Shown: piece after piece, positions 18,059 to 27,066 of the stretch
How positions within the stretch are numbered: the stretch's first letter is position 1
How the letters are laid out: each line of letters begins with the position of its first letter
NCBI GenBank assembly: GCA_944385585.1
Contig: CALWXU010000002.1
Location: 3,927 to 67,926 of the forward strand
Length of the DNA: 64,000 nucleotides
Reading direction: 5' to 3'
From: an uncultured Flavonifractor sp.
GTDB taxonomy: Bacteria > Bacillota > Clostridia > Oscillospirales > Oscillospiraceae
Notes under the pieces: model-generated
Databases searched by the model: none
Told to the model about the DNA's origin: nothing
What the model saw: only the letters and a program-made list of their open reading frames with translations
Made by a program: the position numbers and the translations under genes

Positions 18059-18247
18059 TTACAGTTTCAGGTTGTAATTTTGATTGATCTTCAGCTGCAG
18101 AAACTGCGGAGAGATATACTCCTTGATGAAATCCGCACAGTTCAAATACTCATCATAACCGCCGTGCAGATCAACCGCGAGCTTTTCGCAGAGTGCCGCC
18201 CCCGTGAATTGTTTGGGGTCGATCTCGCTTCCGTCAATCCATCTCAT
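18059..18247 (-). pseudogene. Low-GC short ORF, probable truncated foreign gene
   Basis: MRWIDGSEIDPKQFTGAALCEKL...; AT-richer than flanks; upstream TGGACT-N17-TATCCT on the minus strand. Confidence 0.35.
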
Positions 18248-18486
18248 ATTTCCGATCCCTGTCAATTCCGGGATTCTGGAATGTCAGGAAATCCTGTGTC
18301 CTGTATGGGCCTGTTTTTGCGGCCAAAGAAAGATCCCTTCACAGCGTGACCGCTTCCAGGAACAGGATAGCAGATAACGGAAGAAAAGTCCAATCTATTG
18401 TTTTGAGGATGAGAGGGGCTGACAGGTCAGAGCTGGACGGGGCGCGCTCCGCCTGGACCGCTGTTCCGGCCGGCTGCAGGCTGCGC

Positions 18487-18516
18487 AAAGGGCCGCCGGC
18501 ACATGCCGGCGGCCCT
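18487..18516 (-). terminator. Terminator-like hairpin after the sulfotransferase gene
   Basis: AGGGCCGCCGGC/GCCGGCGGCCCT stem with short T run on the minus strand. Confidence 0.55.
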
Positions 18517-18530
18517 CCCGCTTGGGACTG

Positions 18531-20288
18531 TTATGCGTTGGTATCCTGGAACCAGAAGCCCACGAAGTCGCCCTTCATGACCCGGTAGCCGTTCATCATA
18601 CACTCATAGTTGAACGCGCGGATCAGGCTGCCCTCGCTGTCGTACTCCCCAAACTGGTGGGCCACGCCGCTGTTGGCCACGAAGTTCCCGTTGAACTCCT
18701 GTGCGTTGGAAACGATGGCGGAGTAGGGGATGGCGTGCTGCTCCACCAGGGAGAAGGTCTTGGCGTTGTCGTCCACCAGGTAGAAGGTGATGAAGGAGGC
18801 GTCGCCGCTGGTGAGGGAGGTGCTGACGCTGTCCGCCAGGTCGGGGTCATAGCCGTCCCGGGTGCTCAGGCTCCAGTAGTGGTTGTCGTACATGCGCAAC
18901 AGGTACTGGCCGTCCTCCAGGCTGTCGTCGGCCACCAGCTCCACGTCGTGCTGCCCGTACTGGGGGGTGAAGTCCCCGTCCAGGGCGTAGCACAGGTCGG
19001 CGTAGGGGGTGTCCGCCCAGAACGCCGGGTCGCCGATCAGGCCGGTGAGGGTGGGCGTGCCCTGGATGTCGCTGACCTTGACGATGGTGGAGGTCTCCCG
19101 GGAGCTGACCAGGATGCTGTCGTCCTGCTCCATATACTGCACGGAGTTCAGGTGGAGCCAGTCGTCCTCGCCGGCCTGCCAGAAGGAGCCGCCGGTGATG
19201 GGTACCGGGTGGGTCATCTCACCGTAGTAGCCGTCCATCAGCTCAGAGAAGTCCACCGTCTCCGTGACCTCCCCGGTCTCCGGGTCCAGGGTCACCACCA
19301 CGTCCATGACGGTCTCCTGCTCGGTGTCGTTGACCAGGGCCAGGATGGTGCCATTGGGGCCCCAGTTGATGTCGTGGTGGAGCTCATACTGCCCCATGTC
19401 GTACACCCGCACGGCCTGGCCCAGGGGGCTGAACAGGGCGATCTTGCGGCTGCCCACGCAGGTGTAAATGCCGGAATCGGTATAGAGGAAACGGTCGGAG
19501 TGGAACCCCTCCAGCACCATCTCGTAGCGCAGTACGCCGTTGTTGTCAAAGAAGAAGGTGTAGCCGTAGTAGTCCCCCAGGCCCATGGCGTAGTAGAGGC
19601 CGTCGGTGAGGGCGGCCGTGCTGTCCCCGTCCTCCGTTTCCAGCTGGCTGGGGTAGCCGGAGGTGGCCTCCGGCATGTCGATGGTGAAGGTGAAGGTCTG
19701 CTGGACCCGGCCCCGCTCGCCCACCGCCTCCAGGGTGACCTCATTGGTCTCGCCGGGGACGAGACCAATGAGCAGGAAGCAGTGATTCCTGCTATAGGAA
19801 TCTCCATTCGCGGCGCTCTGGGCCACGGCGGTGTAGTCTGGCAGGTCGGCGCTGGTGGTGTGGATGGTGTAGCGGATCTGGCTGCGCCGCTCCGTCTGGA
19901 AGGAGAGCAGCAGGCCGTTGCTCCCGGTGCCGAAGGGGTCCAGAATGGCAAGGGGCGCGTCCATAGCGGCGGCCTGGTCGGTCATCTCCAGCAGCTGCTG
20001 CCCCAGGCGCTGCTGCACGTCCTCGTTATAATATGTAAAGCCGTCCTCCTCGTATTCATCCGGCACCATCCGGGAGACGGAGATGCTGGCCTCCACAGAG
20101 GCGTCATAGACCGATACCGCACGCTCCTCACTGGTGTACTGATGCTCCCCGACCTGGACGTTCCAGTCGTCCCGGCTGCGCATCTCTGAATCCATAAGCA
20201 TATGGACTACAATCTCGAACACCACCACCGCGCAGACGACACAGGCGGCGGCGATGATCAGCCGCTTGATGATCTTCCGCTTGTTCAT
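18531..20288 (-). CDS. Aryl-sulfate sulfotransferase (ASST family), membrane-anchored
   Basis: N-terminal TM, DPFGT Ig-like region, ELHHDI, DWLHLNSV, LVSSRETS, YGQHD, YRV motifs. Confidence 0.85.
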   Translation of the reverse strand: MNKRKIIKRLIIAAACVVCAVVVFEIVVHMLMDSEMRSRDDWNVQVGEHQYTSEERAVSVYDASVEASISVSRMVPDEYEEDGFTYYNEDVQQRLGQQLLEMTDQAAAMDAPLAILDPFGTGSNGLLLSFQTERRSQIRYTIHTTSADLPDYTAVAQSAANGDSYSRNHCFLLIGLVPGETNEVTLEAVGERGRVQQTFTFTIDMPEATSGYPSQLETEDGDSTAALTDGLYYAMGLGDYYGYTFFFDNNGVLRYEMVLEGFHSDRFLYTDSGIYTCVGSRKIALFSPLGQAVRVYDMGQYELHHDINWGPNGTILALVNDTEQETVMDVVVTLDPETGEVTETVDFSELMDGYYGEMTHPVPITGGSFWQAGEDDWLHLNSVQYMEQDDSILVSSRETSTIVKVSDIQGTPTLTGLIGDPAFWADTPYADLCYALDGDFTPQYGQHDVELVADDSLEDGQYLLRMYDNHYWSLSTRDGYDPDLADSVSTSLTSGDASFITFYLVDDNAKTFSLVEQHAIPYSAIVSNAQEFNGNFVANSGVAHQFGEYDSEGSLIRAFNYECMMNGYRVMKGDFVGFWFQDTNA

Positions 20289-20335
20289 TGCAACCGCTCC
20301 CCCTGTTATGGGTATTTTACAAGTTCACAGATAAA

Positions 20336-20395
20336 ATAGTAGCGAAATTGAAAGGCGTGTCAAGACAGAACGGAAAAAGTTAAAAATATCTTAAA
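20336..20395 (-). promoter_or_regulatory. SigA promoter with upstream direct repeat
   Basis: TTGACA-N16-TACTAT; TTTAAG-N5-TTTAAC upstream of the -35. Confidence 0.5.
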
Positions 20396-20439
20396 ATTTT
20401 ATAAAAAAGAAGGGAAGGCAGGAGGGAGGCCGAGGGGGC

Positions 20440-21204
20440 TTATTCCCACCGGCAGCCCTTGGCGCTTCCGGTGATGACGCCGATGCACTCCAGGCGGTCG
20501 TCCGCCCGGACCACGATGTCCTTGAACGCCACGTTGAGTGCCACCAGCTTGGTGACGCCCCGCCGGCACTGCAGGCGGCGGACCAGCGCCTCCCGATTCA
20601 GCAGGAACAGGCCGCAGCCCTGCCGCGGTGTGCTATCCCTCCGGCAGAGGAGGACGGTGCCGGAGGGATAGAGAGGCTCCATGCTCCCGTCGGAGAGCAG
20701 GACGGCGAAGTCGGCCTCCCGAACAGCGGCGCAGGTTTCCGGGATGAGCACCGGGCGCATGAGAAATGGACTCTGGTGCGCCTGTGCCCCCTCCAGAGCG
20801 CTGGTCAGATAACAGAAGGTGCGCTTGACCGGCACGTTGCCGGCCAGACGGGCGGGGGGCTCGGAGAGCAGCTCCGCCAAGGCGTCCAGAGCCCGGCGGC
20901 CGCTGCTCTCCAGGCCCCGGTATTTCATCAGCAGGCGGACCTCCTCCTCCGACAGGAGCATGAGCCCGTCCTCGGAAAAGACGCTCAGGTGGGCCTCCAG
21001 AGGCAGCTCGTCGTCCAGCAGGTAGTGGATGGGCACGCGGAGGACCTGGGCAATGCGGTCCATCTGCTCCACGGCCGGATGCCTGGTCTGGCCGGAAAAG
21101 ATCTTGTTCAGCGTCCCCACGGGCACGCCGGACTGGCGGGAGATCTGCTGTGTGGTCAGGCGGCGCAGCTTTTTGATATAGGCGAGCTTTTCTGTCATGG
21201 ACAC
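20440..21204 (-). CDS. XRE HTH + S24 (LexA/CI-like) regulator, degenerate peptidase
   Basis: HTH QQISRQSGVPVGTLNKIFSG; DFAVLLSDGSMEPLY; EALVRRL; CIGVITG. Confidence 0.85.
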   Translation of the reverse strand: MSMTEKLAYIKKLRRLTTQQISRQSGVPVGTLNKIFSGQTRHPAVEQMDRIAQVLRVPIHYLLDDELPLEAHLSVFSEDGLMLLSEEEVRLLMKYRGLESSGRRALDALAELLSEPPARLAGNVPVKRTFCYLTSALEGAQAHQSPFLMRPVLIPETCAAVREADFAVLLSDGSMEPLYPSGTVLLCRRDSTPRQGCGLFLLNREALVRRLQCRRGVTKLVALNVAFKDIVVRADDRLECIGVITGSAKGCRWE

Positions 21205-21468
21205 AGGCAGCCACCTCCACTGGGTTGGGTTGACCGGATGCGGTAAAATGATCCGGCAAACCAGTCAAATTGGCTGGATCATCTTGACAAAACTGAGAAA
21301 ATACATAATATAGTGATCGTCTCGGGGGAGAGCACAAAATAGGGGGGATGGCCGGAGACGCAGAACCTTTGGAAACCGATAGAAGTATAGCAAAAAGACG
21401 GGAAAAACCTGGTCGAAATCCGTCCTTTATCACCGGAAAAAGTAGTTGGAATGAGGAGAGAGCTAACC

Positions 21469-21675
21469 ATGAGAAACCATCACAAGACCTATTGTGTATT
21501 TCTGGACGTGGCCTCCCGCCCGCACATGTACGGAATTCGGGGGACAAATGGCGCCTGTGTGGGACATATATCCACGGATTTCCAGGAAGTAAACCGGCTG
21601 GCTGAGAGCTGCAACAGCGCCGGGCTTTCCCCGCTGCATCTGGCCGATGTAGTCGATGATTTCCGCCGCTCCTGA
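21469..21675 (+). CDS. Small protein, DUF6514-like
   Basis: GAGGAG RBS; YGI...HISTD...LSPLHLADVVDD pattern; TTGACA at 21284 upstream and terminator downstream. Confidence 0.7.
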   Translation: MRNHHKTYCVFLDVASRPHMYGIRGTNGACVGHISTDFQEVNRLAESCNSAGLSPLHLADVVDDFRRS

Positions 21676-21703
21676 GGCGGCGGACCCCGCAAAAAGACGA
21701 CCG

Positions 21704-21740
21704 CGGCGCCAGGCGATGAAAATCGCCTGGCGCCGTTTTC
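21704..21740 (+). terminator. Intrinsic terminator
   Basis: CGGCGCCAGGCGAT-GAAA-ATCGCCTGGCGCCG followed by TTTT. Confidence 0.8.
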
Positions 21741-21792
21741 TGCCCGCTGTGCCACACGGCGGGGAGGAGATAAATTATTCTGACGGTTATGA

Positions 21793-21821
21793 TTGAAATA
21801 TAGAGTGGTTTATATTAAAAT
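21793..21821 (+). promoter_or_regulatory. SigA promoter for the pyrH operon
   Basis: TTGAAA-N17-TAAAAT in an AT-rich region. Confidence 0.7.
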
Positions 21822-21860
21822 AAGGGAGACTAAAATAACTCGGGGAAGGGAGCTGACGAT

Positions 21861-22583
21861 ATGAGTGAGCCGCAGTACAGGCGGGTCCTTTTGAAATTGA
21901 GCGGAGAGGCCCTGGCCGGCGGGGCCGGCCGCGGGCTGGACTTTGACGTGATCGGCAGCGTCTGTGACGTGATCAAAAAATGTGTGGACCGGGGGGTCCA
22001 GGTGGGCATCGTCGTGGGAGGCGGCAACTTCTGGCGCGGCCTGAAGGACGGCGGCGACCGGATGGAGCGCACCCGGGCCGACCACATGGGCATGCTGGCC
22101 ACCACCATCAACGCCCTGGCCGTGGCCGACGTGCTGGAGCAGAAGGGTGTGGACGTGCGGGTGCAGACCGCCATCGAGATGCGCGCCGTGGCGGAGCCGT
22201 ACATCCGCTCCCGGGCCATCCGGCACATGGAGAAGGGGAGGGTGGTCATCTTCGGCTGCGGCACCGGCAACCCCTTCTTCTCCACCGACACGGCGGCGGT
22301 GCTGCGGGCCGCGGAGATCGACGCGGACGCCATCCTGCTGGCCAAGAACATCGACGGCGTGTACAGCGCCGACCCCAAGAAGGACCCCAACGCGGTGAAG
22401 TACGACACCATCACCTATGACGACATGCTGTCCCGGCACCTGCAGGTGATGGATTCCACCGCCACATCCCTCTCCATGGATAACAAGATCCCGGTGATTC
22501 TGTTTGCCCTCAAGGACCCGGAGAACATCCTCCGGGTCGTCATGGGAGAGAAAATTGGAACCATTGTCAAGGAGGAACCGTGA
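21861..22583 (+). CDS. pyrH: UMP kinase
   Basis: [37 protein letters not shown]. Confidence 0.97.
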   Translation: MSEPQYRRVLLKLSGEALAGGAGRGLDFDVIGSVCDVIKKCVDRGVQVGIVVGGGNFWRGLKDGGDRMERTRADHMGMLATTINALAVADVLEQKGVDVRVQTAIEMRAVAEPYIRSRAIRHMEKGRVVIFGCGTGNPFFSTDTAAVLRAAEIDADAILLAKNIDGVYSADPKKDPNAVKYDTITYDDMLSRHLQVMDSTATSLSMDNKIPVILFALKDPENILRVVMGEKIGTIVKEEP

Positions 22584-22584
22584 A

Positions 22585-23139
22585 ATGAAAGAGGTCAACA
22601 AGGAATTTGACGCCAAGATGCAGAAGACCATCGACGTGGTCATGAGCGATTTCGCCAGCGTCCGGGCCGGCCGGGCCAACGCCGCCGTGCTGGACAAGAT
22701 CACCGTGGACTACTACGGCGCCCCCACCCCCCTGAACCAGGTGGCCGCCATCTCGTCTCCCGACCCCCGCAGCCTGATGATCCAGCCCTGGGACGCCACC
22801 CTGCTCAAGGCCATTGAGAAGGCCATCCAGACCTCCGACCTGGGCATCAACCCCCAGAACGACGGAAAGGTGATCCGCCTGGCCTTCCCCCAGCTCACCG
22901 AGGAGCGACGCAGGGAGCTGACCAAGCAGGTGAAGAAGTACGGGGAGAACGGCAAGGTGGCCATCCGCAACATCCGCCGGGACGCCATGGACAAGTTCAA
23001 GGCCATGGAGAAGAAGTCGGAGATCACCGAGGACGACCGGAAGGACTACGAGAAGGAGCTCCAGGACATCACCGAGAAGCGCTGCAAGCAGATCGACGAG
23101 CTCACCGCCAAGAAAGAGGCGGAGCTGATGGCGGTCTGA
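22585..23139 (+). CDS. frr: Ribosome recycling factor
   Basis: VRAGRAN, VDYYG, PQLTEERR, AIRNIRRDA. Confidence 0.97.
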   Translation: MKEVNKEFDAKMQKTIDVVMSDFASVRAGRANAAVLDKITVDYYGAPTPLNQVAAISSPDPRSLMIQPWDATLLKAIEKAIQTSDLGINPQNDGKVIRLAFPQLTEERRRELTKQVKKYGENGKVAIRNIRRDAMDKFKAMEKKSEITEDDRKDYEKELQDITEKRCKQIDELTAKKEAELMAV

Positions 23140-23220
23140 GCCGGAAGGCGGTTACACATTCTGGTGCGGGACACCTGTGTGTCCCGCACACCTATTCCTA
23201 TGACCAGGCAGGATTTTATC

Positions 23221-23970
23221 ATGGCTTTTATCAAACCAACACAGCCCAAGGGGGAGCCGGAGGTGGACCTTGGCCGCCTGCCCCGCCATGTGGCCATCAT
23301 CATGGACGGCAACGGCCGCTGGGCCAAGCGGCGGGGCCTGCCCCGCACGGCGGGCCACGCCGCCGGGGCGGAGACCTTCCGCACCATCGCCACCTACTGC
23401 AAGGACATCGGGCTGGAGTACCTCACTGTCTACGCCTTCTCCACCGAGAACTGGAAGCGCCCCCTGGAGGAGGTCTCCGCCATCGTGGGCCTGCTGAAGA
23501 AGTACCTGCTGGAGTCCATTGAGAAGATGGAGCGGGACAGGATCAGGCTCCGGTTCTTCGGCGACCTGACCCCCCTGCCCCAGGAGCTGAAGGAGCTGTG
23601 CGGCCGCACCAATGAGATCTCCAAGGGGTATGACGGCATGCAGGTCAACGTATGCTTTAACTATGGGGGGCGGGACGAGATCATCCAGGCGGCCAGGGCC
23701 TTCGCCGCCGCATGCGCGGCGGGGGAGAGGAGGCCGGAGGAGCTGACCGAGGAAATGTTCGGAGGCTATCTCTACTCCGCCGGAATCCCCGACCCGGACC
23801 TGGTGATCCGGCCCAGCGGAGAGGTGCGCATTTCCAACTTCCTGCTCTGGCAGTCGGCCTATGCCGAGTTTTATTTCACCGACGTGCTGTGGCCCGACTT
23901 TTCCCCGGAAGAGCTGCGCCGGGCGCTGGCGGCCTATCAGGGCCGTGACCGCCGTTATGGAGGTGTCTGA
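23221..23970 (+). CDS. uppS: Undecaprenyl diphosphate synthase
   Basis: HVAIIMDGNGRWA, YAFSTENWKR, NYGGRDEI, IRPSGEVRISNFLLWQ. Confidence 0.96.
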   Translation: MAFIKPTQPKGEPEVDLGRLPRHVAIIMDGNGRWAKRRGLPRTAGHAAGAETFRTIATYCKDIGLEYLTVYAFSTENWKRPLEEVSAIVGLLKKYLLESIEKMERDRIRLRFFGDLTPLPQELKELCGRTNEISKGYDGMQVNVCFNYGGRDEIIQAARAFAAACAAGERRPEELTEEMFGGYLYSAGIPDPDLVIRPSGEVRISNFLLWQSAYAEFYFTDVLWPDFSPEELRRALAAYQGRDRRYGGV

Positions 23971-23974
23971 CAAT

Positions 23975-24799
23975 TTGGGCAAGCGAATCCTTGTGGCAGT
24001 GGTATTCATCCCGCTGCTGCTGGTGCTGATCTACGGCATCTCTCCCGCCTATCCGTGGGCCCTCTGCCTGCTGATCGCCGGGCTGTCTGTGATCTCGGTG
24101 CATGAGGTGCTCTGGTCCACCGGCTTTCTGAAGCACGCCCGGATCTCCGGCTACTCCATTGTGCTGGCGGGGCTGATCCCCTTCTGGGTCTACTATGACG
24201 GGGAGAGCCTGCCCGCCCTGTGCGGCCTGTTCGTGTATGTGCTGCTCCTCTTCGCCGAGGCCATCGCAAGCCATAAGCGCATCGGCCTGGAGAAGCTGGG
24301 GGGCGCCTTCTTTCTGTCGGTGGTGATCCCCTTTTTCCTGTCCTCCTTCCTGCGCATCCGGCACATGGAGCACTGGGAGTACCTGATCCTCCTGCCCCTG
24401 GTGGCGGCCTTTATCAGCGACGCCTTCGCCCTCTTCGCCGGCTTGGCCTTCGGGAAGCACAAGCTGGCCCCGGAGCTCTCCCCAAAAAAGACGGTGGAGG
24501 GGGCCGTGGGCGGTTTTGCCGGCGCGGTGGTGTGCACGATGGTATACGGCGCCGTGCTCCAGTTCGGGTTCCAGGTGCCGGTGGACTACCTCTGTCTGGC
24601 CGTCTACGGCGCCCTGGGCAGCGCGGTCTCCCAGCTGGGGGACCTGTCCTTCTCCTATATCAAGCGGGAATACGGCATCAAGGACTTCGGCAACATCCTC
24701 CCCGGCCACGGCGGCATCCTGGACCGCTTTGACAGCGTGATCTTCTGTGCGCCGCTGATGGAGCTGCTCATCCGTTTCCTGCCCGCCGTGGGGGTGTAG
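23975..24799 (+). CDS. cdsA: Phosphatidate cytidylyltransferase
   Basis: SPKKTVEG, GDLSFSYIKR, KDFGNILPGHGGILDRFDS; TTG after GGAGGTG. Confidence 0.95.
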   Translation: MGKRILVAVVFIPLLLVLIYGISPAYPWALCLLIAGLSVISVHEVLWSTGFLKHARISGYSIVLAGLIPFWVYYDGESLPALCGLFVYVLLLFAEAIASHKRIGLEKLGGAFFLSVVIPFFLSSFLRIRHMEHWEYLILLPLVAAFISDAFALFAGLAFGKHKLAPELSPKKTVEGAVGGFAGAVVCTMVYGAVLQFGFQVPVDYLCLAVYGALGSAVSQLGDLSFSYIKREYGIKDFGNILPGHGGILDRFDSVIFCAPLMELLIRFLPAVGV

Positions 24800-24803
24800 G
24801 ACC

Positions 24804-25949
24804 ATGGAACAGAGACACTGCATCTCCCTGCTGGGCTCCACCGGCTCTATCGGGCGGCAGGCCCTGGAGGTGATCGCCAGCCAGGGCATGACCGTGGCCG
24901 CCCTGACGGCCAACCGGGACGTGGAGCGGCTGGAGGACCAGTGCCGCCGGTTCCGGCCGGCCCTGGCGGTGCTGATGGACCCGGCGGCGGCGTCCGACCT
25001 GCGGGTGCGCCTGGCGGACACCGGAATCCGGGTGGCCGCCGGCATGGACGGCCTGCTGGAGGCCGCCGTTCTGCCCCAGGCGGACACGGTGCTCACCGCC
25101 GTGGTGGGCATTGTGGGCCTGCGGCCCACCCTGGCGGCGGTGGAGGCGGGCAAGCGCATCGCCCTGGCCAACAAGGAGACCCTGGTGTGCGGCGGCGAGC
25201 TGGTGATGGACCTGGCCGCCCGCACCGGCGCGGAGATTGTGCCGGTGGACTCGGAGCACTCGGCCCTGTTCCAGTGCCTCCAGGGCTGCCGGGACCGGGG
25301 GGAGGTACGGCGGCTGATCCTCACCGCCTCCGGCGGGCCCTTCTGGGGGTGGACGGCGGAGGAGCTCGGCCGCGTGACGGTGGAGCAGGCCCTGGCCCAC
25401 CCCAACTGGTCCATGGGGGCCAAGATCTCGGTGGACTCCGCCACCATGATGAACAAGGGGCTGGAGTTCATTGAGGCCATGCGGCTCTATCGCATGCCGC
25501 CGGAAAAAATTTCGATTGTGATCCACCGGGAGAGTATCATTCACTCCCTGGTGGAATACGCTGATCATGCCATATTGGCCCAGCTGGGCGCGCCCGATAT
25601 GCGCCTGCCCATCCAGTACGCCCTCACCTGGCCCCGCCGGACCGAAGGGGTGGCGGAGCCGCTGGACCTGCTGACCTGCCCCCCCCTGACCTTCCACGCC
25701 CCGGACTACGAGGCCTTTCCCTGCCTCCGCCTGGCCCTGGAGGCCGCCCGGACAGGGGGCACCGCCACGGCGGTGCTCAACGGCGCCAACGAGGCGGCGG
25801 TGGGGCGGTTCCTGGCCGGAGCGCTCCCCTTTGCCGGTATCGCCCGGAGGGTGGAGGAGGCGCTGGCGGCGATCCCCGCCGTCCAGTCCCCCACCCTGGA
25901 GGACATCCTGGCGGCGGATGAGGCCGCCCGGGCGCTGGCAGACCACTGA
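24804..25949 (+). CDS. dxr: 1-deoxy-D-xylulose-5-phosphate reductoisomerase
   Basis: LGSTGSIG, LANKETLV, PVDSEHSA, HPNWSMG, NGANE. Confidence 0.97.
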   Translation: MEQRHCISLLGSTGSIGRQALEVIASQGMTVAALTANRDVERLEDQCRRFRPALAVLMDPAAASDLRVRLADTGIRVAAGMDGLLEAAVLPQADTVLTAVVGIVGLRPTLAAVEAGKRIALANKETLVCGGELVMDLAARTGAEIVPVDSEHSALFQCLQGCRDRGEVRRLILTASGGPFWGWTAEELGRVTVEQALAHPNWSMGAKISVDSATMMNKGLEFIEAMRLYRMPPEKISIVIHRESIIHSLVEYADHAILAQLGAPDMRLPIQYALTWPRRTEGVAEPLDLLTCPPLTFHAPDYEAFPCLRLALEAARTGGTATAVLNGANEAAVGRFLAGALPFAGIARRVEEALAAIPAVQSPTLEDILAADEAARALADH

Positions 25950-25961
25950 TTTGAGGTGCCT

Positions 25962-27038
25962 ATGACCATTCTTTCCATTGTGCTGATGATCCTGTTCTTC
26001 GGGCTGCTCATTGCCGTCCACGAGTTTGGCCACTTTGCCGCCGCCAAGTCCCTGGGGGTGCGGGTGGAGGAGTTCGCCATCGGTATGGGGCCCAAGCTGT
26101 TCTCCCGGAAGCGGGGGGAGACGCTCTACTCTCTCCGGGCCCTGCCCATCGGCGGCTTCTGCGCCATGGAGGGGGAGGAGGAGGCCTCCGACGACCCCCG
26201 CTCCTTCAGCAGCAAGCCCGCCTGGAAGAAGCTGGTCATCCTGGCGGCCGGGGCCTTCATGAACTTTGTGGCCGGGCTGGTGATCATCGTGCTGCTGTTC
26301 GCGGCGGCGGGAGTGCCCTCCCTGCCGGTGGTCAACGGCTACCTGGAGGGGGCGGAGGACATTCAGGACCAGGGCCTGCTGGTGGGGGACAAGTTCTACT
26401 CCATCGACGGCCACCGCACCTATTTCCAGAGCGACGCCATCCTCTTCCTGGGCCGGGCGGGGGAGGACGTGGAGATTGAGGTGGTGCGGGACGGCCGGCG
26501 GGTGGACCTGGGCACCCTCCACCTGCCCTACCGCGTCGCCGTGGAGGAGAACGGCCAGCAGGTGCTCAAGCGGGGCGTCACCGTGGGGGCGCTGCGGGAG
26601 ATGGGGCCCCTGGACACCCTGCGCTACGGGTGGTATCAGGCCATCGACTACGTGCGCACGGTGTGGATGAGCCTGGGAGACCTGGTCACCGGCGCGGTGG
26701 GGCTGGACGACATGTCGGGCGTCATCGGCATCACTGTGGTGGCCGGGCAGATGGGAGAGCAGGGGGCCCAGGCCGCCGGCCTGGCAGGCGTGCTGCTCAA
26801 CCTGCTCAATTTCACCGCCCTGATCGCCGTCAACCTGGCCGTCATGAACCTGCTGCCCATTCCCGCCCTGGACGGAGGGCAGATCCTCTTTGTGCTCTTT
26901 GGGGCGGTCTACCGCCTGTTCACCAGGAGGGAGATCGACCAGAAGGTGCTGGGCTATATCAACATGGTGGGCTTTGTGTGCCTCATGGGCCTGATGGTGG
27001 TGGTGGCGCTCAATGACGTGCGGCGGTTCATCCTGTAA
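25962..27038 (+). CDS. rseP: RIP metalloprotease RseP/RasP
   Basis: HEFGH, PIGGFC, NLLPIPALDGG. Confidence 0.93.
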   Translation: MTILSIVLMILFFGLLIAVHEFGHFAAAKSLGVRVEEFAIGMGPKLFSRKRGETLYSLRALPIGGFCAMEGEEEASDDPRSFSSKPAWKKLVILAAGAFMNFVAGLVIIVLLFAAAGVPSLPVVNGYLEGAEDIQDQGLLVGDKFYSIDGHRTYFQSDAILFLGRAGEDVEIEVVRDGRRVDLGTLHLPYRVAVEENGQQVLKRGVTVGALREMGPLDTLRYGWYQAIDYVRTVWMSLGDLVTGAVGLDDMSGVIGITVVAGQMGEQGAQAAGLAGVLLNLLNFTALIAVNLAVMNLLPIPALDGGQILFVLFGAVYRLFTRREIDQKVLGYINMVGFVCLMGLMVVVALNDVRRFIL

Positions 27039-27066
27039 ATCTCCGGCTGGAAAAGGAGGCCTTTCC

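Noticed and set aside
21250-21460. Possible c-di-GMP-I or other riboswitch (GGCAAACC...)
   Set aside because: The GACGCAAA junction and second stem are absent, and the motif lies upstream of the predicted promoter
20440-21675. Prophage immunity region
   Set aside because: No integrase, cro-like HTH, replication or structural genes; the flanks are host genes
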